From positions 4,400,485-4,464,484 of the forward strand of contig MU056288.1 of assembly GCA_013239625.1 (NCBI GenBank): a stretch of 64,000 nucleotides of DNA. The letters are read 5' to 3'. This document shows positions 12,531-25,721 of this stretch, piece after piece. Under the pieces are notes generated by a model. It was not told the DNA's origin and searched no databases. It was given only the letters and a program-made list of their open reading frames with translations. Both the position numbers and the translations under genes were made by a program. The stretch is from Lama guanicoe. Taxonomy: Eukaryota. Position 1 is the stretch's first letter, and every line of letters begins with the position of its first letter.

Positions 12531-14469
12531 GTGGGAGTAGATGAGGCAGGGTGGTGCTTACCGAGGGAGCAGAGCAGACGCTTACAGAGACACGGAGTCT
12601 GAGTCGTGAAATAAGCATTTCCTGTGCTCATAAACCAGCTTCTGTGGCCCTCCTCCCCGCTCTACCTGGGACACCTACAACAGAGAGGAGAGTGGATTGC
12701 TCAAGTGTATTTGAGAGAGACATTAAGCCTCCGGGCAGCAGCATCTTGGCTGGACTGATTCTGGCATTTTCTCCCATTTTAGCATTCTTACACGAAGCCA
12801 GGAGACGTGTGCTATCAAACCACGTGCAACTCCAGCCCAGCTCTGGCTGCAATGCAGTATTTGGCAAGAACTTGACCTGAGGCTAGGGATTTAATGTCAT
12901 TGTGCCTCGGTGCCTTGTCTTTAGAACAGATTGCAGCGAGAATTAAATAAGTGAGTGCATGTAAAGTGGTCAGAACAGAGCCTGGCACAGAGCAAACGCC
13001 CTATAAGCATTAGCCATAATTATTTTACTCTGCATGTGGGACGTGTCAATGAAGCTGGTTGGCCAGTTACTTAAATAACCAGCTGGTCATTTATAGGAAC
13101 TGGGCTCAGGAGTGAAGTTGCTGTTGTTTAATGTCTTTGGCACTAACAGGAGGTTAGGGAAGTTAACCCAGGAGAACAAAGGCTGAACTTCGGCAGTGGA
13201 CTTTTTGGTTTACATCCAATCCCTGAATATTCCGTGTCCCTGTACTTACTGTATACTGAATGTCAGGCCTGAGGGTCAAAGATACCTGAGATGGACTGAC
13301 GATTTATTATTCATTCAATACATGCTTAGAGGTAACCAGGTGGAAGTCACGGCTGAGGACAGACCCTCCAGCTGAAGGTGATACATGTTACAAAGAGGCA
13401 CGGACAGTAAGAATCAATGCTTGCTTTACCCCAGGCTCTGCGCTAATGTCTCCCACCTGGATTATCTCAAAGTGCTGTGGGAGTTGATAGGATGGACGCA
13501 TGGCTCCCAGCTAGGGTGATCAGGAAAGGCTTCACTGAGGTGGAGGCATTAGAACAGAATCTTAGAAAATACTTTACTTTTGGAGCCTTTTGCTGAGCCC
13601 TGCTTTTACAGTAGAACAGGTCCGGTGGCTTGTTTCTAAAGCTGCCTCTTGGTACAAAGACTCTTGTAAAAGAAATAGTCAATAAAATGGGATGGTTTCT
13701 ACTAAAAACTCTCATCTCACCACAGAAGAGAACTACTACCAACCTAAGCACGAGTCCAGCTGTTGCCTAAACATGCACAACTTCTCATTCCATTGTCAAG
13801 CCCAGGAGGCATCTCGCCTGCGTCGCAGTCCCAATGCCACCTCTCCCTGAACGCCCCTCCTTTCCCACCAGTCACTGGGAGTCATGTTTGCAGCACACGC
13901 TGGGATCCTGTTCCTAATTATTGATTGTGTAATTTATTGATAAAGCAAAGCCAAATATGAGTAAATGGAAAGCCTAACTAGAAATAAAGGACTCAGTGTC
14001 CCAACAAGGAAAATTCCAGGGCTTCAAAAATAGAAAATCAGTGATGCATAGTTTGAGGGCTTTGTCACTGAAGAAATAATCCAGGATTTAATAAGCCAGA
14101 AAATGGATTAAACAGATGGGGGAAAGTTATCAGTGGCAGCGAATGGGCACCTACAGAGAAACAGAATGATTTAGAACCCAAATGACGCCGGCACACACTC
14201 AACATTTAGTTGTGCCCTGAATGAATGTGACAGAAAATCTGGATGAAAAGGAAGATGAAATCAGCCGGGAAGAGAGAACACTGCACAGTATCGGCTGGTA
14301 CAGGGATGCTGGAGCCTCTTTTTTGCTGGATTGATCAGCCCATTTAGCTAAAGAGTTGGTTTGTCTGATTTCTTTCCTTATGGAATTGATTACTTGAGTG
14401 AACCAACCAAAGCAATAACTTCAGCAGAGTGTGGAGACAGCTTCATTCTGAGAAGCTGACCCTTAAATA

Positions 14470-14701
14470 CAGTTGACCCTTGAACAAGAGAGCTTTGAAC
14501 TGTGAAGGTCCACTCATATGTGGATTTTTTTTGGCATTAATAAATACTACAGTATCACACAAAACCGAGGACAGGGAGCTGGTTGAAACCGAGGATCCAG
14601 AGGAAACCTGGATGCAGAGGGTGGACTTTAAGTTATACTTGGATTTTTGACCTCAGGGAAGGTCGGCACCCCTAACCTCCATGTTGTTCAAGGGTGAGCT
14701 G
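14470..14701. mobile_element. Tigger-family MITE (MER8/Tigger2-like)
   Basis: Terminal inverted repeats CAGTTGACCCTTGAACAA / TTGTTCAAGGGTGAGCTG, TA at the left junction, 232 bp. Confidence 0.85.
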
Positions 14702-17700
14702 TGTGCAGAAAAACGTTTTTCATAACCAAGAAACCATCTCAAGGGTACACGTGTCTACATACCCTTGTCTGCCCACACCTGTCTGAATGTGCTTCTAATC
14801 AACTGATCGTTTACACTTAGGTCAGCTCAAAGGACCTTTATAGGACCAACTTAGTTTTGAGTGTCAGTGAGTTGCTGAATGATCCTTACCCCCAGATTAT
14901 TTAGCCTCTCTTTTCTAATTATCATATCACACCACTAAAAGAATGATGTACACACACACCACACACACACACACCCTCCACAATGAGACTGATCAGGACA
15001 TTTTTCCATTTTCAAGAAACAGAGATCTGGAAATAAGTGGAAAACACAGCTTCTAAGCGATGGCATAACAAGTTACTATTTATACCTCATCTTCCATTCG
15101 TAGATGTGAACTAGGGGTCTTTCCCTGTCAGAGAATAATTTTAGGGAATGACTTTCCTGGTGAGCTCACAGTTTGACCCTGCTTGTATCACCATCTTGAG
15201 TCAGCAGTGGATAATGCTGTGCAGAATAAACTAATTTTAGTCATCTGTGAGATCCTTGTAAACACTCTATAGTGACTCTTAAAAGTCAGCGTGAACTTGC
15301 TATCTCTGCTTCATTTCCTGCTTCCAATAATCCACTAGGGGTATTTTTAGCTGATGACATCTTACAGGCCTTGTCTAGGTGAGTTTCTTGGTTTCAGAGC
15401 TGGCGTTTGAAAATTATGCCATAGCTTCCAAAGTCAAGTGGCCTCTGGTTATATGAAAAGTGGCAAACAAATAAGGCAAGAAAAGGACATGGAAATGTAA
15501 GTGTCCTATACATGCTACAGGAAAAGCACTGCCCACCTTACTTTTATTTTTAATATTTTCCGTGAGCCCCGGCCCACAGCTGCACTGGGCTGTACCTTTG
15601 GAGTGTGGAATGATCCCTCAGCTTCTTAATCATCTCGTTCTGTGATGAGCCCCTGGGCTCTGAGTCACATTTCTTTGGCAGTCAGTCACATGCCAAATTT
15701 AGAGCACTTCTAATTTGTTCAACATCCCATGGGTCACTGAGAAAGAATAGGGCTTGAGGACAAACTGAACTGGTCAGATCATCCACATCCAGATGTGTGA
15801 TCACAGGTTATGACACCTGGACAAGAACTCATGTTTTTTGCAGTGAGAACTCTGTGGAAGAAAGACCTTGCACTCGGGCTTTGGGTTTCTGAGAAAGATG
15901 CTGGGTTTGGCTATGTTTACCAGGAATGTGGGAACCAAAAGGAGGGGCTGAGATGGGAAGAAGAGGATGAGGAGAATTTTAGGCAAACTCAACTCTTGAG
16001 GTTGGCAGTCAACAGCCCAACGGCCAGAAAGAAACATGAAGGGAAAAGTTTCTAGGTTTTTGAGTTCACCTTCTTGAAAAACCTTGAATCCTGGAATGTT
16101 TGATATCAGTGTTCTGGTCTGAAAAGAGAATTAGGGAACTTAAATGAAGTGTCTGGGAAGCAAAAGGAGGAGAGAGACTGAGGAAGGAAAGATGGGCAGA
16201 ATCGGAAATATTACTAGGGAAAAAAGGGAAATGGTGCATCCTGAAATTATTTTTATAAGAAAGGCAGCTCATAAGAGTTCCAGGGTAGAATTTCTATCTC
16301 TTGAATTCGTTAAAAGTGACTTTGAGTCTCTTGGATTTGGGGGAGAGCCAAATCTTTGCTATAGGAAATTTCATTTAAATGCCTCTTTCCAAAGAAAACA
16401 CATATGATACCAAGATACACAATCTATGTGTAGCTTCTCTGCACTGCTGGAAACTCGGCCCCACTGATTGATTCCTCTTTACTGACGATCACAGTGTCCT
16501 CGTTTACCCCTCCTAAAGCGAGTTTGATGGGCTCGCAGTTGAGTGAAGCAAGTCTTTCAGAGTAGAGGCAGCAGCCGCTGTCTGGCCGGCTGCCCATGAA
16601 AGGCTTCAGCAGGGTCTCTGTGAACCATGCAGGCAGTGCTCAGGCCGGATCCTAAGAAACTAACCTTTTGAGGAACGTTGTGTTAAAGAATGTCTGGAAT
16701 GTGTTTAGTCCTGGGAGTTCCCGGGCAGCCTATATGGTCCGTGATGGAGAACGGGCAAAGCAGTGTTACAATGTTCAGCAAGACCGATGCAGATCAGAGA
16801 GCGATGAGGGGAAAAAAAAATCATTAACATGAGGGATAAGATTGTCTCTTCTCAACCATTCAATGCGGCTTCAGAATTTCCTTCTGGAGTCCAACTGCAT
16901 CACACAGTCCATTTACTGTAGTCCCAGGCTAACGAGAGGATAGGTGCTAAATAGGCTATAAATTTCAAACTAAAAAAAGTAGCAACTGCATGGAATTTTT
17001 TTTTCATACTGTTTAGCTTAGTATATGAATGAGTGAACGCTGTTAAAACAGCAGCATAACTGCACCCTTGACTTTACATTATTAACACGGTTATTTATGA
17101 GATGGGAAATTCTATTTCTAATTATATTTTAAAGATTTGCAATGTATTTAAAGGTTTTAAAAAATCTATTTATAGGTAAGTGTTTGTGTGCACATATACA
17201 TGCATGTATATGAATATATTTTGCTTGAATGCCTCTTTTGTTTATTAGAACTGTGAATTTACTAAGGCCGAGGACATTGCTTTAATAACATTATTTAGTG
17301 TTTAAAATCATATTTAGTGTGCAGAGTGGTAATTTTTTTTTACTTCTTATTTTGAATACTCTCCATCTTTAGATTTCTCAGACTTTGTGTCTGTGTTCCA
17401 CATTAAGAAAAACATTTAACATATATACATACATGTAAAAAAATAAATCTATTTAAAATTTTAATTCAGGACTCATGTGTATGTGTTTATATGCTATTTA
17501 TATACATATAAATATGACCATGAAATAAAATCTACCCTTTCAAAGCGTGGTGCACTCTGGTATTTTCTATTCTATTTTTTCATTTGTAAAATATATCATC
17601 ATGACCCATTTTATAAATTTCCCTACCCGCCAATGAGTCATGACCTGGAATTTGATAAACATTGTTTTACCTGGCCTTATAAATAATTTCATATTTCTAT

Positions 17701-19839
17701 TAAGGAAAACAATGTTATGCAGTAATATGAATATCTATTTGAAATGATTCAAGGAAATACATGAGTGTTAATAAAAGAACTATATCTTTGACTTAATTAT
17801 AATCATTATTCTTATGTTATCATATTCAGGAGAACATTAAGTTTTTAAAAATTATAATAGTCATTTAACCCCTGTCTTCTTTTTAAGTAATATTTTCACA
17901 AACTTTCAAACTTAAAAATTAAGCCATCTCCTTTCTTTAGCTGTCCCACCCAAGACCTCTGATTTTTTTAAAAGAGAGGACAATGATATTTAATAGAATA
18001 CAAAAATTAAAAGTAAAAGCCTGGGTTTTACCATAACAGACTTCCACTAACTCACTTTAGAATTATAAGAAGGCCACATGCAGCATGAGGGTAAATGCAG
18101 AATCAGGTTCTGGGGACTCAGTGGCTCCTCATAATTGACCTGTAAATTTAACCTCTGAAGACCAGATCAGACATTAATTACCCAGAAAGGGTAATTATTA
18201 AAGAAATGTTATGGTGACTGCGTCTGTGACAATGGAGAATCATTGTGCAGTGTGAATGTCTCCCTAACACAGAGGTCTCTACTGATGCACTGGCTGGACG
18301 CAGTAAGCTGAAGACACCAAGAAGACTGCTTTTTTGAAACAGACAGTGTATTTCACCTTGACATATCTGCTTTGTAAATTTAGATTTTTGCATATTGAGT
18401 GAATTAAAATGGGCCCTACTTGTACTTTTTCTTGATACTGCCTACAGAGTTCACAAATTGCTGTTGAGAGATAGATATTTTAAAACCCCAAAGACCACAG
18501 CGTGGATTCTCTGGATGGCAAGACAGACAGAATCTTCAGATAAGGGTGACCCTTTAAGAACTGCCTTACGCGACTGGCCCTCTCTTCAGTGATGGGGGGG
18601 GTGGAAACACTGTACAAATTCTTCCCCACCCAGAGCAGGGAATTTTGACTGCACAACCCTCAACATGTCCTTCCACCCCTCACCCTCACCAACTTTCTTC
18701 ACACGGCCTCCTCTGACTCTCCCACGCGACTGTAAACCTCCCTCACTAGACTCTAGGTTGCCGGGGCAGGCATGGTGTCTGTCTTGTCCACTGTTGCATC
18801 CCCCAGCTAGCACCGTGACCTGAGCACATTCGGGGAGCATTCCATAGTAATGGGCTGAGGGAAAGAATAGACAAGTGAACCAATTTTAATTAATCATCCA
18901 CTTTAACTGGAAGCTCCCTTCAAGAGTCAACTTTCTCCATACACCTGGTCCAGTATGAGGCAAGTGTTAACCCCTCTTAATGGGCATCCCCTTCCCCAAA
19001 AGCTAGCAGGGAACCCACTCCCAGGGAGCCTTCAGCCAGCATCTGATAACAGCCACAGCTCCGTGAGAGCAGCCCTGGGAGCCTCAGGGCAGTGGAAACC
19101 GCTGACTCCAGCCTCTGGAAAATCCAGAAGCAGCAGAGGTGGTGGCACCCAGGGTCTGAAAGTAAAATTCACTTGTCATTTTTTGCCATATCCTCTTCCA
19201 ATCTTTTTGCAGTAAGTATTTCACTGCTAAAACGAGAGGGAGGAAGGTAATAGTTTACAGGTTAATAGCTATGGACAGCACTGTCTGAGGTTTATAATAA
19301 GCTTTCCATCTATTTGTCAACACAAGTGCAAAGCGGGAGACTCCGATCTCTACACACAGACTCCTCCAGGTATTTTCAGAAAGGAACACCTGAATCAGGT
19401 CCATGCCCTTTACCGTCACACTCTCTCTGCCTCTCAGGGATCCCATAGTCCCCTTTTACACTTCTCACTAATCAAGTCTCCCGGCTGTAGAGGTTAGATG
19501 TCCAAAAGTGTCTATTTACTCTCTTGATTCTCTCCAAAAGCCTTATAATGTCACCAAATCAATATAGCACATTTGTAAAGGTTAATGTAAAATAAATTAT
19601 TTTAGAATATCAAGTGATTTTTACCTTCAATGCCCCTATAGAGAAAAACAATCTTTTGTGTTTCGAGTAACTAAAAATACTAAAACAACAACAACAGCCC
19701 TTAACAACCCTTATCCAGCTCTCTGGTGCTATGAAGCCACAAATGACAGTATGAATATCAAATAATTCTATTAAGGTGATAGAAAAGAACTGAGTTCAGT
19801 ATAAGTCTCCTTCAACGTCACCACTGTTGGGGTGGATAA

Positions 19840-20090
19840 AATCTAACACTTATTGGGTGTTTATTACAGGCCAGGCCCCCTGCCACGTGCTTTCCATAGA
19901 TTATCTTAGTTCACAACAACTTTATGAGATAGATGTGGCTGTTCCCCTCCTACAGAAGCAAAACGCAAGGCACCAGAATTTAACTTGCCCAAGATGACAC
20001 AGCTATCAAGCAAATGGAGAGCCGGGACATGCAGAGGAGAATCTGGTTTTTGCATGTCTCCAGGCATTTGAGACGCTAACTCCAGGGTCC
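19840..20090 (-). mobile_element. MIR SINE
   Basis: TAACTTGCCCAAGATGACACAGCTA core. Confidence 0.75.
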
Positions 20091-20902
20091 ACAGAGCAAA
20101 GCCAAGTATGAGCCCCCAGGTTCCAACCAAGTGATCATTTGCCTTTTTGCAAGCCCCACATTAAAAGGTACATGACATCTACTAAATGGTTACCCTTGGG
20201 GAACCTTCAAAATCCGTCAACTGGAAATAAGATTCCAGTAGGGGAAACTCTAAAACCTTTAATTGCTCCAAGATGATATGTTGGGTTGGTAGACCTGGCT
20301 CATCTTAAAAGGAAGTTTTTTTTGAAGGTAAAACTGAATAATATGGCATTAAAGAAACATGATTCGGGTTCTCATGCTTATAAAATCATAGCTGTCATTT
20401 CTGGGTTTGCTGAAGACTGTGTGCAATTCCTTACTAAGTTGGAGAAAACCAATACTGTACACACTTAGGTACATTCTGCACTTTTCTTTTCTTTACCAAA
20501 CCCTCACAGGGTTTTTCATATTTTTAGTTACTGAAAATACTCAAAACAAAGATTGTTTTCCTCAGTACAAACATCAGAGGAAAAAGTCATTTCATGTTCT
20601 AAAATAACTTATTTTATGTGCATCTTTACACACGTGCCACATCGATTTGGTTACTTTGTAAAGCCTTAAGACAGAACCAAGACGGCGTTGAGAAAATGTT
20701 GAAAAATCTAACAAGTGGAGACTCAAGACGTTTATTGGTTTTCTTTCAAAACAACTACAGACGGATTTTCAAGGAGGTAAACGAGATGAAGACTGAAGGT
20801 AAAAAAAAAAAAGGATCATTTAATGAGGCATAGAGGTGGCCTTAGGAATTTGCACCTAAAGAAAATCTATAAACCAAAAAATCATAGAATAAATAATCTT
20901 GG

Positions 20903-21135
20903 GAGGCAGTACAGCATGGGGTTAAGAAAAACCTCAGTCCCATAGCCTGGGTTCACCCATGAGGGGTGTGACCTTGTATAAGTTAGCCATTCTCCCTGTA
21001 CTCAGCTCCTTCCTATTTAAATGGGGTTGTTCACAAGACCTGTTTCCTAAGGTGGCTTGCTGTGAGGATGAAATAAGATGATTTATAGAAGCCCTTAGGG
21101 CCATATCTGGTAGGTGCTCAGTAACTGCCAGCTAT
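20903..21135 (+). mobile_element. MIR SINE
   Basis: GGCAGTACAGCATGGGGTTAAGA...GTGTGACCTTG...TGTGAGGATGAAATAAGAT. Confidence 0.75.
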
Positions 21136-23993
21136 TGAAGGCAGAAGATGTCACTATCACTGCAGCCCACTCGAAAGGGTGCGGAGAAGGTAAGTTAAAC
21201 AAACGAACATCAGGATGCAAGTTAAACCAAAACAAGGCCAATCATAGGTCACCCACTGAGACCTCATGGTAGAACTGACACACTGTGGGTGTTCAGTAAA
21301 TATTGAATGATTGACTCAGTCAACCAGCTAATCAATCAATTAGTGAATGAATCAAGGAATGGAGGCACCGGAAGAAAAGCTGACTTTCAGCAAAGCTAAA
21401 TTCTCTGCCTTCTGCAGGCCCTTGATTCTTTCTAATCCACCCATAAGAGAGGACGTTTCCACCATTATTCAGAATAGTCTTTCTATTCCTCATGCAGTAG
21501 CTCAGCTCAGAGGAGGGGATTTTAAACCTTTTCCAACACTAGACTAACATATATGCAAGAACGCAGCAAGTTTATAAACAAAAGACTCTGAGTGACCTCA
21601 ACATCATGACAGGAGAAAAAGATGTTCAAAGATGAAGTTGTGTTTAACACACCCTTTACTTCTGTCTGAGTAGCATGATTTTAAAATGAATGAATATCGT
21701 GTGATAAAATATATATATTAATACATTTTCACATAAAAAGATAACTACAAAAGAAAAGGAAGTGTGTTGAATGAGGGGGTGGGGAAGCAAAGCCAGGGAC
21801 ACTGGTTATCTCCTTGCCCCTAGGAGAGGTATCCAGTCCTTCAATCCAGTTATGTACCTTCAGAAATTGCTTTCGGCTTCTTTCCAATTCTGAACCATGA
21901 GCAAAATCACAAACACATTCGACAACAATATGTTTCTCTTGCGTAAATGTCTCTTCTAGGCCACATACATAATTAAAATCTTGTTGACTCAGGAATAATG
22001 TCTCAGAACTGAATGTCCAAACTCTGTAACTTGCTTCCTTTTCTAACCAGACAGGGCAGCTGCCAAGAGCTTCTGAGCCCTCTGCCGTATGTAATTATTA
22101 TACATTATATAGCATATACTTGATTTGCCAAAGCCTGCCAGAAATTGTTCCCATGACGACTTATTTGAACTTTGTTGTGTATACATGTGACCAAAAACAC
22201 AATGTACCAAAGCAGAGGGAAAAAAAAAAGGAGGTGGGATGGGAGTGGGTGTGCTTAGCCATTCTTATTTTCCATGGAAATGAGATGAAAGTCTTAAGGG
22301 AAGCAATATACATGCACACAGCTTATAAAGCAAAATTCACTTAAGGTGAAAGACTGTTTCAAAAATTAATGATGCCATAGGAGAACACAGATTCTTGGCT
22401 TCCGACATTTGAAATGAGGAAATAGACTTTAAAAGGTCTTCAGAATATATATGAGGCATAAAATAAAGCACTCTGGCCCTCTTTCACTTTTGGGCAGCAC
22501 CAGATTTAAGCCAGACATGAAAATCTATCCTATTTTTAAAGATCTCTAGAGAGAGAGGTTGCACAATGTTTCTTAGGAGGTTGTTCCAATGTTCCTCCCA
22601 GTCATAAAACTCTTACATTCTAACCTAAATCCCTCACACTCCAGTGTCAGCCCACTTCCTTTCGCTCAGCCTAAGCATGGTTGAAGAACAGTCGCTCCCT
22701 TACCAAACCAACATTATGAGAATATTTTCAGTGCTGTGTTTTTTCTTTCAGCCTGCAGTTGCCTGAATCGCTCCTATTCCTTCAAAAATATTTACATAGG
22801 ATATTGGCTTTTTTTTTCCAGTTTTCTGAAAGTTCTCCATTCTGCCGCAAATGTTCTTTTAAAGGCTTTTAAGCTACCAGTAATTACAGATTTTAGTATC
22901 TCTCGTTTAAAAAAAATTTTTTTACCAGATAGTTCCCCACCTATCCTCGTTTTTCTATAATGTTTTAAAACTTCTTTCAGAAAAGAAATGATCTTCAAAT
23001 GTTAGTGGGACATAGAAAATTAGAGAAGCTTTTAAGAAATAAGATGCCCAAGTTTTGACCCTGATTCAGGAAATTAGAAAGTCATCAAGTCCATTATTAG
23101 AAATGAAACAAAAATAAACAGGCAAAAACAGTTAAAAAAAAAAAAAGCATGTCCTCTTTGGTAAAGTCAGTTCTGCTTCTGCATTTAAAACTGACACATT
23201 AACAGAGTCAGGTATTTGATTCAGTGCTGGAGTTCGACATCACAATCCCCATTAGCAGGAAAATCAAAACCAAACCTAATCCATGCCTACAAGTTTCCCA
23301 CACTAGAACTAAATACAGTGCCAGCAGGCTCTTGATGTATAATACATTACCACACGAAAATGTGATTATGAAAAATACGAGACTGCCACTGTCTGCAAGT
23401 ACATAATGCATTCAACATAAGTTATGCAGTAGCTTTCAAAATTTAAGCTGGTTTCTGTGGATATGAGTCTGTTCAAAGGTCCCCGAGTGGCAAGGTAAAG
23501 AAAGAACTAATTGCTGGATAAAATAACATAGAAATAGAAACATCAACATAGTGCAAGAGCCGAGGAGGAGCTAGAAGAGGCAAGAGCACCTTTTCCAGAA
23601 AATCTGAAGGTGAATCAGGGTAGGTCTGTGCTGAGATCCTAAACCATGTGGTATTATTATTATTATTAGTGTTGGATTGCCATAAAAGGGGAACACCAGG
23701 GCCTGCCTCAATGATTTGCCCAGGTGGCCTTGGTTTCATTTCTCTCTCTGATATTCTTTAGCATCAGTGTTGGATTACCCAAAGGGGCTGCCTCAGTCTG
23801 GGCTCTGCATTTTCCCACATGCACACAGGGAAGAGAGGGAGAAAAAACTCTAAAGCAACCACAGAAATGCAGGTCAAAAGGAAAGGGCTCAGAAACTGCT
23901 GCAAAAGGAGTGGGATGAAAGCCACAGAAAGATGGCAGTCAAATGCCAAGAGATATTCAAGGACAGCTCGCGTGTGTAAGGAAAGAGGTATCT

Positions 23994-24161
23994 CCTGTGA
24001 TGAGAAGTTTTAAGATCTATTCTCTTACCAACTTCCTAATATACAATACAGTATCGCTAACTATAGACACCATGCTGTACATTACATACGCAAATGTTGA
24101 ATCATCACGTTGTACACTGAAACTGATATAATGTTCTTTGTCAAGTATAACTCAGTTTTTA
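23994..24161. mobile_element. 5'-inverted L1 fragment (L1MA-like)
   Basis: First ~90 bp is the reverse complement of the L1 3' UTR seen at ~49312-49405; the rest is forward. Imperfect TSD AAAGAGGTATCT/AAAAAGGTGTCT. Confidence 0.8.
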
Positions 24162-24454
24162 AAAAAGGTGTCTGTTTGTACCAATTTGTCCATGAATGTG
24201 TTCTGGTGGGGTCAATTATACTTAGCATTGTTGACTACTTTGTCTTTTCTTTTTAGATTCAGGATCATGGTCTTTTTTTAGTTCTTCTCCAAACTTCTTG
24301 CTCTGGTTCCTCTGGTTTCTTTTCAATGAATTGTCTACACGTTGTTTTTCTCTAGAGTTTCCATTCTTAATTCTTTTCTCTTTCCCCTGTATATTCTCTT
24401 CATTCAAAAATCTTATGTGCCTCCATGGGTTCAACTATCACCTATAAAAATGAC

Positions 24455-25275
24455 TCTAAATTTCAGATTCCACAGGTTAAGCGTTCAGTCCTGTAAGACT
24501 GTCACCCACCATCACCTCCCCCCCTCCCCAACTTCAGGCTCCAGTCACAAGTCCAGGCTATAGATTAGAGGGTCCCATGACCCCTCTTTGGACTTCAGAC
24601 ATTAGTTGCAAGCCATACAGGGTGTTACGTGTAGTTCTCACCAACTGGCAGCAAATCAGAGCTTCCTATGACCTCCTCTTTGAGTTCAATTAATTTGCTA
24701 GAGTGGCTAACAGAACTCAGGGAAGTATTTTACTTACTAGGTTACCAATTAATTATAAAAGAACATAACTCAGGAATAGTCAGATAGAAGAGCTGCATCG
24801 GGCAAGGTACGGGGAAAGGGCTCGAAGCTTCCATGCGCTCTCCTAGTCCACCACTCTCCCTAAGCTCCATGTGTTCACCAGCCTGGAAGCTCTCTGGACC
24901 CTGCCCTCTTGGGTTTTTATGGCGGCATCATTACATTACATAGTCACGATTGATTACATCATTTGGCTGTTGGTCATTGATTCAACCGCCGGGCCCTCTT
25001 CTCTCTCTGGAGGTGGGGGGTGGGACTGAAAGTTCCAAACCTCCAATCACATGGTTGGCTCCTCTGGCAATCAGCCCCCAACCTTAGGTGAGGCCCAGAA
25101 GTCACCTCATTATCATAACATGAGACAATTTGCCACTCTCAATTGTTAGGAAATTCTAAAGGTTTTGGGAGCTGTGAGTCAGGAACCATGGATGAAGATC
25201 AAATATATATGAGAACTATATTTTTATCATCTGAATGACCAAATATACATTTTTCTTATAAATCACAATATCACA
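24455..25275. mobile_element. ERV LTR, MER21-like
   Basis: AATTAATTTGCTAGAGTGGCTAACAGAACTCAGGGAA, GGGACTGAAAGTTCCAAACCTCCAATCAC and terminal AATCACAATATCACA, recognised from memory. Confidence 0.7.
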
Positions 25276-25330
25276 TCCTGTATCTTCTATTTCTGTAAAT
25301 AGTACAATCCTCTCCATCATTTCTACTTCT

Positions 25331-25721
25331 CTTTTCTTTGTATTATTTTTTTAATTGAAATATAGTCAGTTTACAATGTGTCAGTTTCTGGTGTTCAGCA
25401 TAATGTATGCCATACATATACATACATTCCTTTTCATATTCTTTTTCATTATAGGTTACTACAAGACATTGAATGTAGTTCCCTGTGCTATACAGAAGAA
25501 ACTTGTTATTTATTTTATACATAGCAGTCAATATTTGCAAATCTCAAACTCTCAGTTCATCTCTTCTTACCCCGTTCCCCCGGGTAACTGTAAGTTTGTT
25601 TTCTATGACTGTGAGTCTGTTTCTGTTTTGTAAATAAGTTCATTAGTATCTTCTTTTTTCTTTTTTATTAGATTCCACGTACGAGTAGTATACGGTACTT
25701 TTCTTTCTCTTTCTGACTTAC
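25331..25721 (-). mobile_element. 5'-truncated young L1 3' end
   Basis: Reverse complement of the same L1 3' UTR; TTCTACTTC direct repeat on both flanks. Confidence 0.85.
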
